A stretch of 38,862 bases of DNA, from the IMG/VR virus record IMGVR_UViG_3300031965_000085, positions 1-38,862 of that record. One strand, given 5' to 3'. A program made the translations under genes and the position numbers. How positions within the stretch are numbered: the stretch's first letter is position 1; each line of letters starts with the position of its first letter. This document shows, one piece after another, positions 1 to 9,397 of this stretch. The stretch comes from a virus. Taxonomy: Duplodnaviria; Caudoviricetes. The notes beneath the pieces were generated by a model. The model searched no databases. It worked only from the letters and a program-made list of their open reading frames with translations, and had not been told where the DNA came from.

Positions 1-61
1 CCTCGCTCAGATTGTGTACGGGCTGGGGACTTCTGAGAGCTTCCCGTGAGGAGGTGCCCGC

Positions 62-481
62 ATGGCCAACCGGCCGCCCCCCAAGGAACCGACCGAGCGC
101 CGCCGTCGCAACGTGCCCGACCTCGGAGAGATGACCGCGACGCCCGGTGTCGGCTGGCAGCACGGCAAGGTGCCGCCCGCGCCGACGGGGATGAAGCCGG
201 CCAGCGTCACGGCGTGGAAGACGTGGATGGGCGCCTGGTTCGCGGCGCACTGGACGCCTGAGGATCTGCCCGGCCTGCGGATGCTGGTGCTGCTCTACGA
301 CCAGGTCGAGCGAGGCGAGTACCAGCGAGCGGGCGAGCTGCGCCTGCAGATGGACACGTACGGGATCACCCCGAAGGGGCAGCAGGATCGCCGGTGGAAG
401 AAGCCCGAGGCGCCCGTAGCGCCCCCGTCGTCCGGTGATGGGCAGCCCGGCAAGCGCTACGGCCACCTGCGGACGGCCTGA
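62..481 (+). CDS. Terminase small subunit
   Basis: GAGGAGG RBS upstream; directly precedes terL; ELRL...YGITP..QQDRRW pattern typical of actinophage small terminases. Confidence 0.8.
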   Translation: MANRPPPKEPTERRRRNVPDLGEMTATPGVGWQHGKVPPAPTGMKPASVTAWKTWMGAWFAAHWTPEDLPGLRMLVLLYDQVERGEYQRAGELRLQMDTYGITPKGQQDRRWKKPEAPVAPPSSGDGQPGKRYGHLRTA

Positions 482-484
482 GAG

Positions 485-2071
485 GTGCCGTGGCGGGGAC
501 CGGAGTACGAGGGCGAGCTGCCGTCCCTGGGCTGGCAGGTGCTCGACTGGTGCGCCGACCACCTGCCCTCGCCTCGCGATCATGACCAGCCGCTGATCTT
601 CACCGACGACCAGGCCCGCCTGCTGATCGCCTGGTACACGCTCGACCAGCGGGGCCGGTTCGTCTATCGCCGGGGTGCCAGCCGGGGAGCGAAGGGGAAG
701 GGGAAGTCGCCGCTCGAGGCGGCCAAGGGCATCGCCGAGCTCGCTGGGCCGGTGGTGTTCGACGGCTGGGACGCCCATGGCGAGCCGGTGGGTCGGCCGT
801 GGGGCACTGGCGGCCTGGCCAACGCCCTGGTGCAGATCGCCGCGGTGAGCGAAGACCAGACGGAGAACACCCACGGCGTGGTGTACGAGCTGCTGACGGC
901 ACGCGAGGGCAAGGTCGCCGATTCGCTCAAGCTGGATCCCGGGCTCACTCGCACCTATCTGCGTGACGGCAAGCGCTCCGGCGAGCTTCACCCGGTGACC
1001 GCGTCCGCGGGCAGTCGGGAGGGGCAGCCGGTCACCTATGCCGTGCTCGACGAGACCCACCTGTGGACCTCGCGCAACGGCGGGAAGAGGCTCGCCCGGA
1101 CGCTTCGACGCAACGTCGGCAAGATGAACGGCCGCAGTTACGAGACCACGAACAGCTTCGTGCCGGGCGAGCAGACGGTGGCCGAGGACACCGACAAGGC
1201 CGCAGCCCGGGGCAGCGAGGGCGTCCTGTACGACGCTGTCGAGGCGCCTCGGATGGTGGGCGATGTGGAGGTCACCGAGCGGGCGTCCAACGAGGTGCTG
1301 CGGGCCGCCATGGCGGTGGCCTACGGCGACGCTTGGTGGGTGGACCTGGACCGCTTGGTGGCCGACGCCCGGGACCCGGACCAGCCGTGGGAAGACGTCT
1401 GCCGGTTCAACCTCAACTGGAACGTGTCGGGCCGGTCGAGCTTCATCGACATGGCGAAGTGGGACGCTCGCAGGGTCGATCGGGTGGTGGAGCCCGGCAC
1501 CCGGGTCGGCCTCGGCTTCGACGGGTCGATCAGCGACGACGCCACGGTGCTGTACGGGGTGACGCAGGACCACCACATCTTCGAGGTGGCCAGCTGGGAG
1601 CGCCCGCTGGGCCCGGATGGTCTGGGGTGGCGGGTGCCGCGTCAGCAGGTGCATGACGCCGTGGTCGAAGCCTTCGCCACCTACGAGGTCGGGCTGATGA
1701 TCTACGACCCGCCGAAGTGGTGGACGGAAGGCCAGGCGTGGGAGGCGCTCTACCCGGACCGGGTGGTGGCTCTCGACACGAACAGCGAGCGCCGGTTTGC
1801 CCCGGCGTGCGATCGGTTCGTGGTGGCGCTCAACGAGGGCGCGGTGACGCATGACGGCGACGAGCGGTTGCGGGCGCACCTGGCGGCGTCGAAGCGCAAG
1901 TCGGTGCGGGTGAACGCGGATGAGACCGACGGGCGCACGCAGTTCGTGATCGTGAAGGCCGACACCCGCAAGATCGACCGGGCGGTGGCCGCGGTCCTGG
2001 GCCTGGTGGCTGTCGAGACGATGCCCGATCTGGAAGAGGAAGCGGCCGAGCCGTTCTTTCTCACGAGCTGA
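485..2071 (+). CDS. Terminase large subunit
   Basis: Walker A GAKGKGKS, Walker B AVLDETH, C-terminal nuclease motifs GLGFDGSISDD and KIDRAVA. Confidence 0.95.
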   Translation: MPWRGPEYEGELPSLGWQVLDWCADHLPSPRDHDQPLIFTDDQARLLIAWYTLDQRGRFVYRRGASRGAKGKGKSPLEAAKGIAELAGPVVFDGWDAHGEPVGRPWGTGGLANALVQIAAVSEDQTENTHGVVYELLTAREGKVADSLKLDPGLTRTYLRDGKRSGELHPVTASAGSREGQPVTYAVLDETHLWTSRNGGKRLARTLRRNVGKMNGRSYETTNSFVPGEQTVAEDTDKAAARGSEGVLYDAVEAPRMVGDVEVTERASNEVLRAAMAVAYGDAWWVDLDRLVADARDPDQPWEDVCRFNLNWNVSGRSSFIDMAKWDARRVDRVVEPGTRVGLGFDGSISDDATVLYGVTQDHHIFEVASWERPLGPDGLGWRVPRQQVHDAVVEAFATYEVGLMIYDPPKWWTEGQAWEALYPDRVVALDTNSERRFAPACDRFVVALNEGAVTHDGDERLRAHLAASKRKSVRVNADETDGRTQFVIVKADTRKIDRAVAAVLGLVAVETMPDLEEEAAEPFFLTS

Positions 2072-2085
2072 CCCGAGGAGGGCGG

Positions 2086-2259
2086 ATGCGTCGACTGCTG
2101 GAGAAGCTCCGCCCCGCGGCGACCCGCGGGAACGCCCTGCAGGGCGCGGGGGCCGTGGTGCTCACGGTCACCGCTGCGAGCGTGGACGGTCGTCTGGGTG
2201 GGCTGGTGGCGGGCGTGGCGCTGGTCGTGTGGGGCGTGCTGCTCGAGGCGTCCGCCTGA
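2086..2259 (+). CDS. Small membrane protein (57 aa) between terminase and portal
   Basis: Not in the ORF track; read by hand: GAGGAGG RBS, MRRLLEKL...GLVAGVALVVWGVLLEASA with two hydrophobic stretches; TGATG overlap with portal start. Confidence 0.7.
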   Translation: MRRLLEKLRPAATRGNALQGAGAVVLTVTAASVDGRLGGLVAGVALVVWGVLLEASA

Positions 2260-3566
2260 TGGGGTTGGGTCGGCTGCTCCCGGCGCGGGCGGCGTCGCCG
2301 CTGTCGTGGGACGACTACCAGGCGCAGCTGATGCAGATGGTCTACGGCGGCCAGCGCTACGCGGTGGGCGGTGGTGGCCTGTCGAAGGTCGCGGCGGCGG
2401 CCTACGAGTCCAACGGGCCGGTGTCGGCGCTCATCGCGGTGCGGATGCTGGTGATGTCCGAGGTGCGCTTCGCGTGGCAGTCGCTGCGCTCGGGCGAGGC
2501 GGGCCGCCTGTTCGGCACCGAGGACCTGGCGCTGCTCGAGGTGCCGTGGCCGGGCGCGACGACGCGGGAGCTGTTGTCCATCGTGGAGATGGACGTGAGC
2601 ACGGCCGGCAACAGCTACTGGATAGCGGAGGGGTTCGCTCGTGGCCAGGCCCAGCAGCTGACCCGCTTGGAGCCCGACAAGGTCACGATCCTCACCGGCG
2701 ACACCACGAACTTCGAGGGGCGGTCGGTCGGGAAGCACCTGTTGGGCTACGGCTACCAGGAGTCGCCTCACTCGGACCCGGTCGTCTTCGACGTCGGCGC
2801 GGTGGCCCACGTGCGCCAGTTGCCGGATCGCGCCAACCCGTTCCGGGGCCGGTCGTGGCTGTCGGCGGTCCTGCCCGAGATCCGTTCTGACAACGAGGCC
2901 ACGCAGCTCAAGCAGTCGCTGTTCAAGAACGGCGCGGTGGCCGGGATGGTGGTCACGTTCGACAAGGCGGTGAAGCCGGAGGCGGCCGAGAAGTATCGGG
3001 CGCTGTTCGAGCGTGACCATCAGGGCGTCAGCAACTTCTACAAGACGGTGTACCTGGGTGGCGGCTCGGACGCGAAGACGCTCGGGATGGACCTCAAGGC
3101 TCTCGACTTCAAGGCCGTGCAGGGCTCCGGCGAGACTCGGCTCGCTGCCGCTGCAGGAGTTCCGGCGTCGATCGTCGGGTTCTCCGAGGGTCTGGCCGGC
3201 TCGGCGCTGAACGCGGGCAACTACACCGCGGCCCGCCGCCGCTTCTCCGATGGCACGGTGCGCCCGTGGTGGGGTTCGGTGTCGGGCGCCTTCCAGCAGC
3301 TGGTGCGCAAGCCCGACGGCCCGAGCCGCCTCTGGTACGACGAGCAGTGGGTGTCGTTCCTGCAGGAGGACGTGAAGGATGACGCCGAGATCCGTCACCG
3401 CAACGCGGAGACGATCCGCCAGCTGATCGAGGCCGGGTTCGAGCCCGCCTCAGCGGTGGCCGCGGTGACGTCGGGCGACATGAGCGGCCTGAAGCACACC
3501 GGGCTGGTGAGCGTGCAGCTGCAGGCGCCGGGATCGGGTGCGGGTGCTGCGGCCGCCGGCGCCTGA
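2259..3566 (+). CDS. Portal protein (HK97-like)
   Basis: Position; GNSYW, GRSWL, FKNGAV.G and LAAAAGVPASIVG motifs; start placed at ATG 2259 from the overlap. Confidence 0.93.
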   Translation: MGLGRLLPARAASPLSWDDYQAQLMQMVYGGQRYAVGGGGLSKVAAAAYESNGPVSALIAVRMLVMSEVRFAWQSLRSGEAGRLFGTEDLALLEVPWPGATTRELLSIVEMDVSTAGNSYWIAEGFARGQAQQLTRLEPDKVTILTGDTTNFEGRSVGKHLLGYGYQESPHSDPVVFDVGAVAHVRQLPDRANPFRGRSWLSAVLPEIRSDNEATQLKQSLFKNGAVAGMVVTFDKAVKPEAAEKYRALFERDHQGVSNFYKTVYLGGGSDAKTLGMDLKALDFKAVQGSGETRLAAAAGVPASIVGFSEGLAGSALNAGNYTAARRRFSDGTVRPWWGSVSGAFQQLVRKPDGPSRLWYDEQWVSFLQEDVKDDAEIRHRNAETIRQLIEAGFEPASAVAAVTSGDMSGLKHTGLVSVQLQAPGSGAGAAAAGA

Positions 3567-4173
3567 CCCGTTCCCCCACCTGGTGGTCGACGGCCTGTGG
3601 TCGGAGTGGATCGTGGAGGCGGTGGCCGGCGAGTTCCCCCAGGCGTGGCATCCGGGGTGGCGGCGCTACGACGGCGAGCACGAACGCAAGCTCGAAGGGT
3701 CCGACCCGACGATGTGGGGCACCGCCACCCAAGGGATGATCGCCCGCCTGCTCGACCCCGAGTGGTGCGACGAGCTCGGCGAAGCGTTCGGGATCACCGG
3801 CCTGGTCGGCGACACCATCGGCGGCGGGTACCACTCGATCAGCTGCGGTGGCCGCCTCGACGTGCACACCGACTTCTCCGTGCACCCCACGTCGGGCCTG
3901 TACCGGCGCCTCAACTGCCTGGTGTACCTCAACCGGTCGTGGCGGCCCGAGCACGGCGGCGCCCTCGAGCTCCACGACGCTGACGGCCTGGCCGTGACCG
4001 TCGAGCCGTTCGGGGGCCGCACCGCCATCTTCGCGACGTCGGCCACGTCCTGGCATGGCCACCCCGTCCCGTGGGCGGGCCCGTCGCCCCGCAAGAGCGT
4101 CGCTGCCTACTACTTCGCCCCCGAACCCCCACCGGGCTTCGCCGGCCCCCACTCCACCGTATGGAGGTCCTGA
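3538..4173 (+). CDS. 2OG-Fe(II) dioxygenase (prolyl-hydroxylase-like)
   Basis: HxD (HTD), RRLNCLVYLN..W....GGALEL, distal His (WHGHP) and RxS (RKS) 2-oxoglutarate-binding motif. Confidence 0.9.
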   Translation: MRVLRPPAPDPFPHLVVDGLWSEWIVEAVAGEFPQAWHPGWRRYDGEHERKLEGSDPTMWGTATQGMIARLLDPEWCDELGEAFGITGLVGDTIGGGYHSISCGGRLDVHTDFSVHPTSGLYRRLNCLVYLNRSWRPEHGGALELHDADGLAVTVEPFGGRTAIFATSATSWHGHPVPWAGPSPRKSVAAYYFAPEPPPGFAGPHSTVWRS

Positions 4174-4994
4174 TGGACGACGAAGCCCTAGAGGCCGCTG
4201 ACATCGACCTGATCGACCTGCCCGAGGTCGATCGAGACGAGGCACCCATGAGCGAGGAGCATCTCCTCAGCAGCTCCGACGGCATCCTCCTCGTGCGGAC
4301 GATGCCGTTCGAGCTGCTGCGCGCCGAAGGTGGCGACGGCCTGTCGCTCGTGGGCTACGCCGCGGTGTTCAACGCACCGGCGCGGATCGACTCGTGGGAG
4401 GGCACCTTCGATGAGGTGATCGCCCCCGGGGCCTTCGCCAAGTCGCTACGCGAGAAGAAGCCCGTCCTGATGTTCAACCACGGACGCCACCCCACCATCG
4501 GCGACATGCCCATCGGGGTCATCACGAAGATCCGCGAGGACAGCATCGGCCTGCACGTCGAGGCCCGTCTCCACAACAACTGGCTGATCCAGCCCGTACG
4601 CGACGCCATCGCTGACGGCTCGGTCACCGGAATGTCGTTCCGGTTCGCCCCCGTGAAGGAGACCTGGGACCACAAGCGCAAGCCGGTGCCGCTGCGCACC
4701 ATCACGGAGCTGCGCACCCCGGAGCTGGGTCCCGTCGTGTTCCCGGCCTACACGAAGACCTCGGTGAGCGTGCGGTCCCAGGAGATCGCCCTCGCCCTCA
4801 CAGACCCAGAGGTGCGCGCCGAGACGGCTCGCATCCTGCTCGGCACTCCAGTCGACGAAGCCGCCGAGGATGGCACTTCGTCCGAGCGAGCCGCCAGTAC
4901 CGACGAGCCGGCACCAGTCCACTCGACGGGTCCCACTCTCGCCCAGCGCCAAGCGCGTCTGCGGCAGATCGCCCTCAAGGAGCGAGCATCATGA
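4173..4994 (+). CDS. HK97-family prohead protease
   Basis: GYAAVFN, E.IAPGAF.KSL, MFNH, GMSFRF, ELGPVVFPAY motifs; TGATG overlap; has acidic N-terminal and long C-terminal extensions. Confidence 0.93.
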   Translation: MDDEALEAADIDLIDLPEVDRDEAPMSEEHLLSSSDGILLVRTMPFELLRAEGGDGLSLVGYAAVFNAPARIDSWEGTFDEVIAPGAFAKSLREKKPVLMFNHGRHPTIGDMPIGVITKIREDSIGLHVEARLHNNWLIQPVRDAIADGSVTGMSFRFAPVKETWDHKRKPVPLRTITELRTPELGPVVFPAYTKTSVSVRSQEIALALTDPEVRAETARILLGTPVDEAAEDGTSSERAASTDEPAPVHSTGPTLAQRQARLRQIALKERAS

Positions 4995-6415
4995 CCATCG
5001 ACGAACTGCGGGCGCTCATCATCGAGCGCCACGCCCGACTGACCGAGCTGGCCAACATCGAGGACCGCGACCTCAACGAGGACGAGTCCACCGAGTGGGC
5101 CACGCTGAACACCGACTACGACGACGCCCGTTCCCAGCTGGCGGAGATGGAGGCCCGTCAGGCCCGCCGCGCCGAGCTGGCTTCCCACGTGACGGAGCGG
5201 ACGCCCGGCACCCCGCACCCGCTCGGCGTCCCCGGCGGCCGTGGCGACACCACCGAGCAGCTCGACGTGCGGGCCATCCGGTCCATGCGCGCCGGGGAGC
5301 TTCGCGACCGCAGCCTCGCCCTCCTCGCCGAGCGCTCCAAGGACGTCGGTCTCGACGACGCCGCCCTGCGCAGCGTGGAGCGCCATCTGCGCCGCAGCGA
5401 CGGCTACGTCGCTGGCCGCCTCCTGCTCACCGAGACAGACGCGTACCGCTCGGCGTTCGTGAAGGGCGTGACCCGCGCGAACCCGGTGTTCACCGCGGAG
5501 GAGGCCGAGGCCATCCAGGCGTTCGAGGACTTCGAGCGGGCCATGAGCATCGGCACCGACTCCGGTGGCGGCTACGGCATCCCGGTCCTGATCGACCCCA
5601 GCATCATCTACACCGGCGCGATGAGCGACAACGACTTCCTGCGCCTGTGCACGGTGAAGGACATCACCACCGACGTCTGGAAGGGCGTCACGTCCGCTGG
5701 GGTGTCGTGGTCGTTCGACGCCGAGGCCGCCGCGGTCGGCGACGACGCGCCGACCCTCGCTCAGCCGAGCGTGACGACGCACATGGCGCGGGGGTTCATC
5801 CCCCACTCGATCGAGGTCGGGATGGACTACCCCGACTTCGCGGACGAGATGAGCGCTCTGCTGGTGCAGGGGTACAACGAGCTGCTGGTGGAGAAGTTCA
5901 CCACCGGCTCCGGCTCGGGTGAGCCGATGGGCATCGTCACCGCGCTCGACGCGAACACGAACGTGGAGGTGGTGGTCACCACCGACGGCGCCCTCGGCTA
6001 CGTCGACTCCTACGCGGTGTGGAAGGCGCTGCCGCAGCGGTGGCGCCGCCAGGCGTCGTGGATGATGAGCATCGGCGTGAACAACGCCTTCAAGCTCACC
6101 GGCGACGACAAGCTGGCCTCGCAGACCCGGAACATGGCCGAAGGCGCCATCGACGTCCTGCACGGCAAGCCCGTGTACGAGAACAGCTACATGGCTGACT
6201 TCTCGGGCGTGACGACTGCCGTGAACTTGGCAGTGGTGGGCGCGTTCAGCCAGTACGTGGTGGCTCGCCGTGCCGGCATGAACGTCGAGCTGGTGCCCCA
6301 CCTGTTCGACGTCACCAACAACCGCCCGACCGGCCAGCGCGGGCTCTTCGCCTGGGCCCGCATCGGCGGCGCGCCCGTCGTGGACGACGCCTTCAGGCTA
6401 CTCCAGAACGCTTGA
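4991..6415 (+). CDS. Major capsid protein (HK97 fold, N-terminal coiled-coil delta domain)
   Basis: Position after protease; helical N-terminus; GGGYGIP, GSGSGEPMGI, LHGKPV, RIGG motifs. Confidence 0.93.
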   Translation: MTIDELRALIIERHARLTELANIEDRDLNEDESTEWATLNTDYDDARSQLAEMEARQARRAELASHVTERTPGTPHPLGVPGGRGDTTEQLDVRAIRSMRAGELRDRSLALLAERSKDVGLDDAALRSVERHLRRSDGYVAGRLLLTETDAYRSAFVKGVTRANPVFTAEEAEAIQAFEDFERAMSIGTDSGGGYGIPVLIDPSIIYTGAMSDNDFLRLCTVKDITTDVWKGVTSAGVSWSFDAEAAAVGDDAPTLAQPSVTTHMARGFIPHSIEVGMDYPDFADEMSALLVQGYNELLVEKFTTGSGSGEPMGIVTALDANTNVEVVVTTDGALGYVDSYAVWKALPQRWRRQASWMMSIGVNNAFKLTGDDKLASQTRNMAEGAIDVLHGKPVYENSYMADFSGVTTAVNLAVVGAFSQYVVARRAGMNVELVPHLFDVTNNRPTGQRGLFAWARIGGAPVVDDAFRLLQNA

Positions 6416-6442
6416 GGCATTCTGCCACCCTAAACTAGGGGG

Positions 6443-7090
6443 GTGGATGGAGCGAAGTGCCCGGAGTGTGGCGACCCCGTCATCCAGTTGGGGCGGGGTC
6501 GCCCACGCCGGTTCTGCACACCGAAGTGCAAGATGCGGGCTGGCAATCGGCGATCGCGAAGGGCGTGGCTCCCGCTGGCACAGCCGACAGAGAAGGTGTG
6601 CGCCCACTGTGGCGATGCCTTCGTAGCGAAGAGCAGGGAGCGCATCTACTGCTATGGCAAGTGGTGCTGTCAGTTGGCCTACCAGAAGCGTCGGGCCGCG
6701 GGCGCTGGCCTTCGCATGGGTGCGCACGATGTCGCCTGTGATGGCTGCGGCACGGTGTTCGTCGGCCACCATCCTTCCGCCCGCTGGTGCTCGAAGATGT
6801 GCGCCAACCGCTACTGGGGCAACGTCCGGGCGAGGCAGCGCAAGGCGCCGTCGGGTGCCAGGTACACCGATCTGGAGATCTTCGAGCGGGATCGGTGGCG
6901 GTGCCACCTGTGCGGCAGGAAGGTCAATCGGGAGTTGAGCCGCATGCACCCGCGAGGCGGGACCATCGACCATCTGGTGCCGATCAGCGATGGCGGCACC
7001 GACGAACCGAGCAACGTGGCGACCGCCCACCGGGCGTGCAATCTGGCGAAGGGCGCCGGCGCTGCGAACGATCAGCTTCGCCTGATCTGA
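6443..7090 (+). CDS. HNH endonuclease with N-terminal Cys zinc-ribbon repeats
   Basis: Several CxxC...CxxxC units, then IFERDRWRCHLC...TIDHLVPISDGG....NVATAHRACNLAKG. Confidence 0.9.
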   Translation: MDGAKCPECGDPVIQLGRGRPRRFCTPKCKMRAGNRRSRRAWLPLAQPTEKVCAHCGDAFVAKSRERIYCYGKWCCQLAYQKRRAAGAGLRMGAHDVACDGCGTVFVGHHPSARWCSKMCANRYWGNVRARQRKAPSGARYTDLEIFERDRWRCHLCGRKVNRELSRMHPRGGTIDHLVPISDGGTDEPSNVATAHRACNLAKGAGAANDQLRLI

Positions 7091-7093
7091 TCT

Positions 7094-7129
7094 CCCCGGG
7101 CCCGCTCCGTGCGGGTGTCGGGCCCGGGG
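7094..7129 (+). terminator. GC hairpin, probable terminator or attenuator after capsid/HNH
   Basis: CCCCGGGCCCG (7094-7104) pairs perfectly with CGGGCCCGGGG (7119-7129); weak U-tail. Confidence 0.55.
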
Positions 7130-7167
7130 GGGTTCACAGCCGCACGACCCGCATGAAGGAGGCCGTG

Positions 7168-7401
7168 ATGGCCATGCCCCGCAACACGTCATCGCCGCGC
7201 GCCAGCGTGGTGTACGCCCGCTACGACACGAGCGTCGGTCTCGGCGATGGGATCGTGGTGGTGGTCCATCGTGGCGATCCGTGGGATCCGGCGGATCCGA
7301 TCGTGGTGAAGCACCCGGAGATGTTCTCTTCGGAGCCGACGTTCCTACGCCGCCACACGGGCCTCGAGGAGGCCACGGCCCGTCCGGGCGAGCGCCGGTG
7401 A
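7168..7401 (+). CDS. Small post-capsid hypothetical protein (77 aa)
   Basis: AAGGAGG RBS; 3' part of track ORF 6787..7401; GTGA overlap with next gene. Confidence 0.7.
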   Translation: MAMPRNTSSPRASVVYARYDTSVGLGDGIVVVVHRGDPWDPADPIVVKHPEMFSSEPTFLRRHTGLEEATARPGERR

Positions 7402-8846
7402 GCGATCCCGACGCGGTGACCCTGGCGTACATCCACGACCACAAGCCGAGCCAGAGCTGGGCGGAGTCGATGGTGGCGCTGGTCGCGTTCGATGCCTGCA
7501 ACCACGGGCGGATCCTGCGGGGCGACAAGCTCGCGATGCGCACCCATCCGGGCGAGTTGCCGGTGGGCCGCAACGCCGCGGTGCGGTCGTTCCTGGACGA
7601 CTTCTCGGCGCCGTGGCTGTTGTGGGTGGACACCGACATGGGCTTCCCCGCGGACAGCTTGGAGCGCCTCCTGGCGGTGGCGGATCCGGTGGAGCGGCCG
7701 GTGGTGGGCGGGCTGTGCTTCGGGTGGAAGGAGGACCGGGGTGACGGCGCGGGCGGCTACCGGTGCCACGCGATGCCGACGATCTACGACTGGTTGCGCG
7801 GCGAGGACGGCGGCGGGGTGTTCGCGCCCCGGACGCACTACCCGGCGAACACGCTGGTGCGTTGCCATGGGACGGGCTCGGCGTTCGTGCTGATCCACCG
7901 CCAGGTGCTGGAGGGGGTGCGAGCCGCCTACGGCGACGCGTGGTACGACCGGATCCCGAACCCGTTGAACGCTGGCCGGCGGATCGGCGAGGACCTGAGC
8001 TTCTGCATGAGGGCCAACGCGTTGAGCGTCCCGATCCACGTGCACACCGGGGTGCGGGTGACGCACGCCAAGACGTTCTGGTTGGGCGAGGAGGACTACC
8101 TGGCGCAGATGGTGGCTCCGCCGGCGGATGAGCGGGTCGCGGTGATCGTGCCGGCGATGCGCCGGCCGGACAACGTGGCTCGGCTGGTGCGGTCGCTGCG
8201 GGCGTCGACTGGCTTGGCCACCGTGTTCTTCGTCTGCGACGGCGCCGACAAGGACGAGATCGCCGCGGTGCTCGCTGAGCAGGGCGGGCGGTCGGACGTC
8301 GAGCTGTTGGTCGTGACTGAGGGCTCTCGGCCCGGCACGTTCGCGGAGAAGGTCAACTTCGCCGCCGGGCGGGTGCTGCCGCCGGGCGAGTACCCGTGGC
8401 TGTTCCTGGCCGGCGATGACGTGGTGTTCCGGCCGGGGTGGTTGGACCACGCGCAGCACGTGGCCCGCTTGTATGGCGCGGACGTGGTGGGCACGAACGA
8501 TCTGGCGAACCCGCGGGTGATGGCGGGGGAGCACGCGACGCACATGCTGATCCGCTCGAGCTACGTGACGTCGGTCGGCGCGTCGTGGGATGGGCCGGGC
8601 GTGGTGTGCCACGAGGGGTACGGCCACTGGTTCGTCGATGACGAGATCGTGACCGCGGCGCGGATGCGTGGCGTGTGGCAGCCGGCGTTGGGGTCGATCG
8701 TGGAGCACCTGCATCCGATCACGGGGCGGGTCGAGATGGACGAGGTGTACGAGCTCGGCCAGTCGAAGGCGGGCGCGGACCGGGGCCGGTGGGAGGCCCG
8801 GTTGCGGCGCCACCAGCGGGAGATGGCCAGGGCGGGAGTGGCGTGA
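7398..8846 (+). CDS. Tandem two-domain GT-A (family 2-like) glycosyltransferase
   Basis: Domain 1: WLLWVDTDM (DxD), GEDLSFC; domain 2: VAVIVPA, LFLAGDDVVF..GW, HWFVDDE, VEHLHP; GTG start overlapping upstream stop. Confidence 0.85.
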   Translation: MSDPDAVTLAYIHDHKPSQSWAESMVALVAFDACNHGRILRGDKLAMRTHPGELPVGRNAAVRSFLDDFSAPWLLWVDTDMGFPADSLERLLAVADPVERPVVGGLCFGWKEDRGDGAGGYRCHAMPTIYDWLRGEDGGGVFAPRTHYPANTLVRCHGTGSAFVLIHRQVLEGVRAAYGDAWYDRIPNPLNAGRRIGEDLSFCMRANALSVPIHVHTGVRVTHAKTFWLGEEDYLAQMVAPPADERVAVIVPAMRRPDNVARLVRSLRASTGLATVFFVCDGADKDEIAAVLAEQGGRSDVELLVVTEGSRPGTFAEKVNFAAGRVLPPGEYPWLFLAGDDVVFRPGWLDHAQHVARLYGADVVGTNDLANPRVMAGEHATHMLIRSSYVTSVGASWDGPGVVCHEGYGHWFVDDEIVTAARMRGVWQPALGSIVEHLHPITGRVEMDEVYELGQSKAGADRGRWEARLRRHQREMARAGVA

Positions 8847-9397
8847 CGTGCATCGTGGGGATCACCGACGGGGCGACGGTGACGATCGGCGGCGACTCGG
8901 CCGGGGTCGCTGGGTGGCAGGTCACGGTGCGCGCCGACCAGAAGGTGTGGGCGGTCAATGGCTGGGCGTTCGGGTTCACGACGTCGTTTCGGATGGGCCA
9001 GCTGCTCCGGTGGTCGCTGGTTCCGCCGCCCGTGGAGGGCGACCTGGAGCGGTACATGGCGACGACGTTCATCGACGCGGTGCGCGCTTGCCTCAAGGCC
9101 GGTGGGTTCGCCAAGGCGGACAACGGGCGGGAGGAGGGCGGCGAGTTCCTGGTGGGCCATGCTGGCCGGCTCTTCCAGGTGGCCTCCGACTACCAGGTGG
9201 GCGAGCCCGCCGAGGGCGTCGCTGCGGTCGGCTGCGGCGATGAGTTCGCCCTGGGGGCGGTGCTCGCCCAGCGCCCAGCGACACCGGCCAAGGTCCGGGT
9301 CATCCGAGCCCTGGAGATCGCCGCTCGCTGCAGCGGTGCTGTCGCCGGCCCCTTCCACGTCGTGTCGGTGCGGGAGTCGAGGCCTCGTGCATCCTGA
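8843..9397 (+). CDS. Ntn-hydrolase, proteasome-beta/HslV-like
   Basis: GTG start then TCIVG; after Met removal Thr1, Asp17 (GGDS) and Lys33 fall at the proteasome-beta catalytic positions; AVGCG matches the GSG loop. Confidence 0.8.
   Translation: MTCIVGITDGATVTIGGDSAGVAGWQVTVRADQKVWAVNGWAFGFTTSFRMGQLLRWSLVPPPVEGDLERYMATTFIDAVRACLKAGGFAKADNGREEGGEFLVGHAGRLFQVASDYQVGEPAEGVAAVGCGDEFALGAVLAQRPATPAKVRVIRALEIAARCSGAVAGPFHVVSVRESRPRAS

Noticed and set aside
1-61. cos site or genome terminus upstream of terS
   Set aside because: Position is plausible but no diagnostic sequence can be supported without reads or flanking DNA
7281-7397. Upstream N-terminal extensions in the ORF track (also 8675, 8958, 9695, 16733, 17215, 36668, 37141)
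   Set aside because: They overlap the preceding gene; better starts exist at stop/start overlaps or behind clear RBSs
3538-8846. TET/JBP-type 5mC oxidation plus glucosylation DNA-modification system together with the C5 methyltransferase
   Set aside because: Not excluded but disfavoured: the oxygenase motifs look prolyl-hydroxylase-like, the GTs are GT-A type in the late head operon, and the methyltransferase is about 28 kb away
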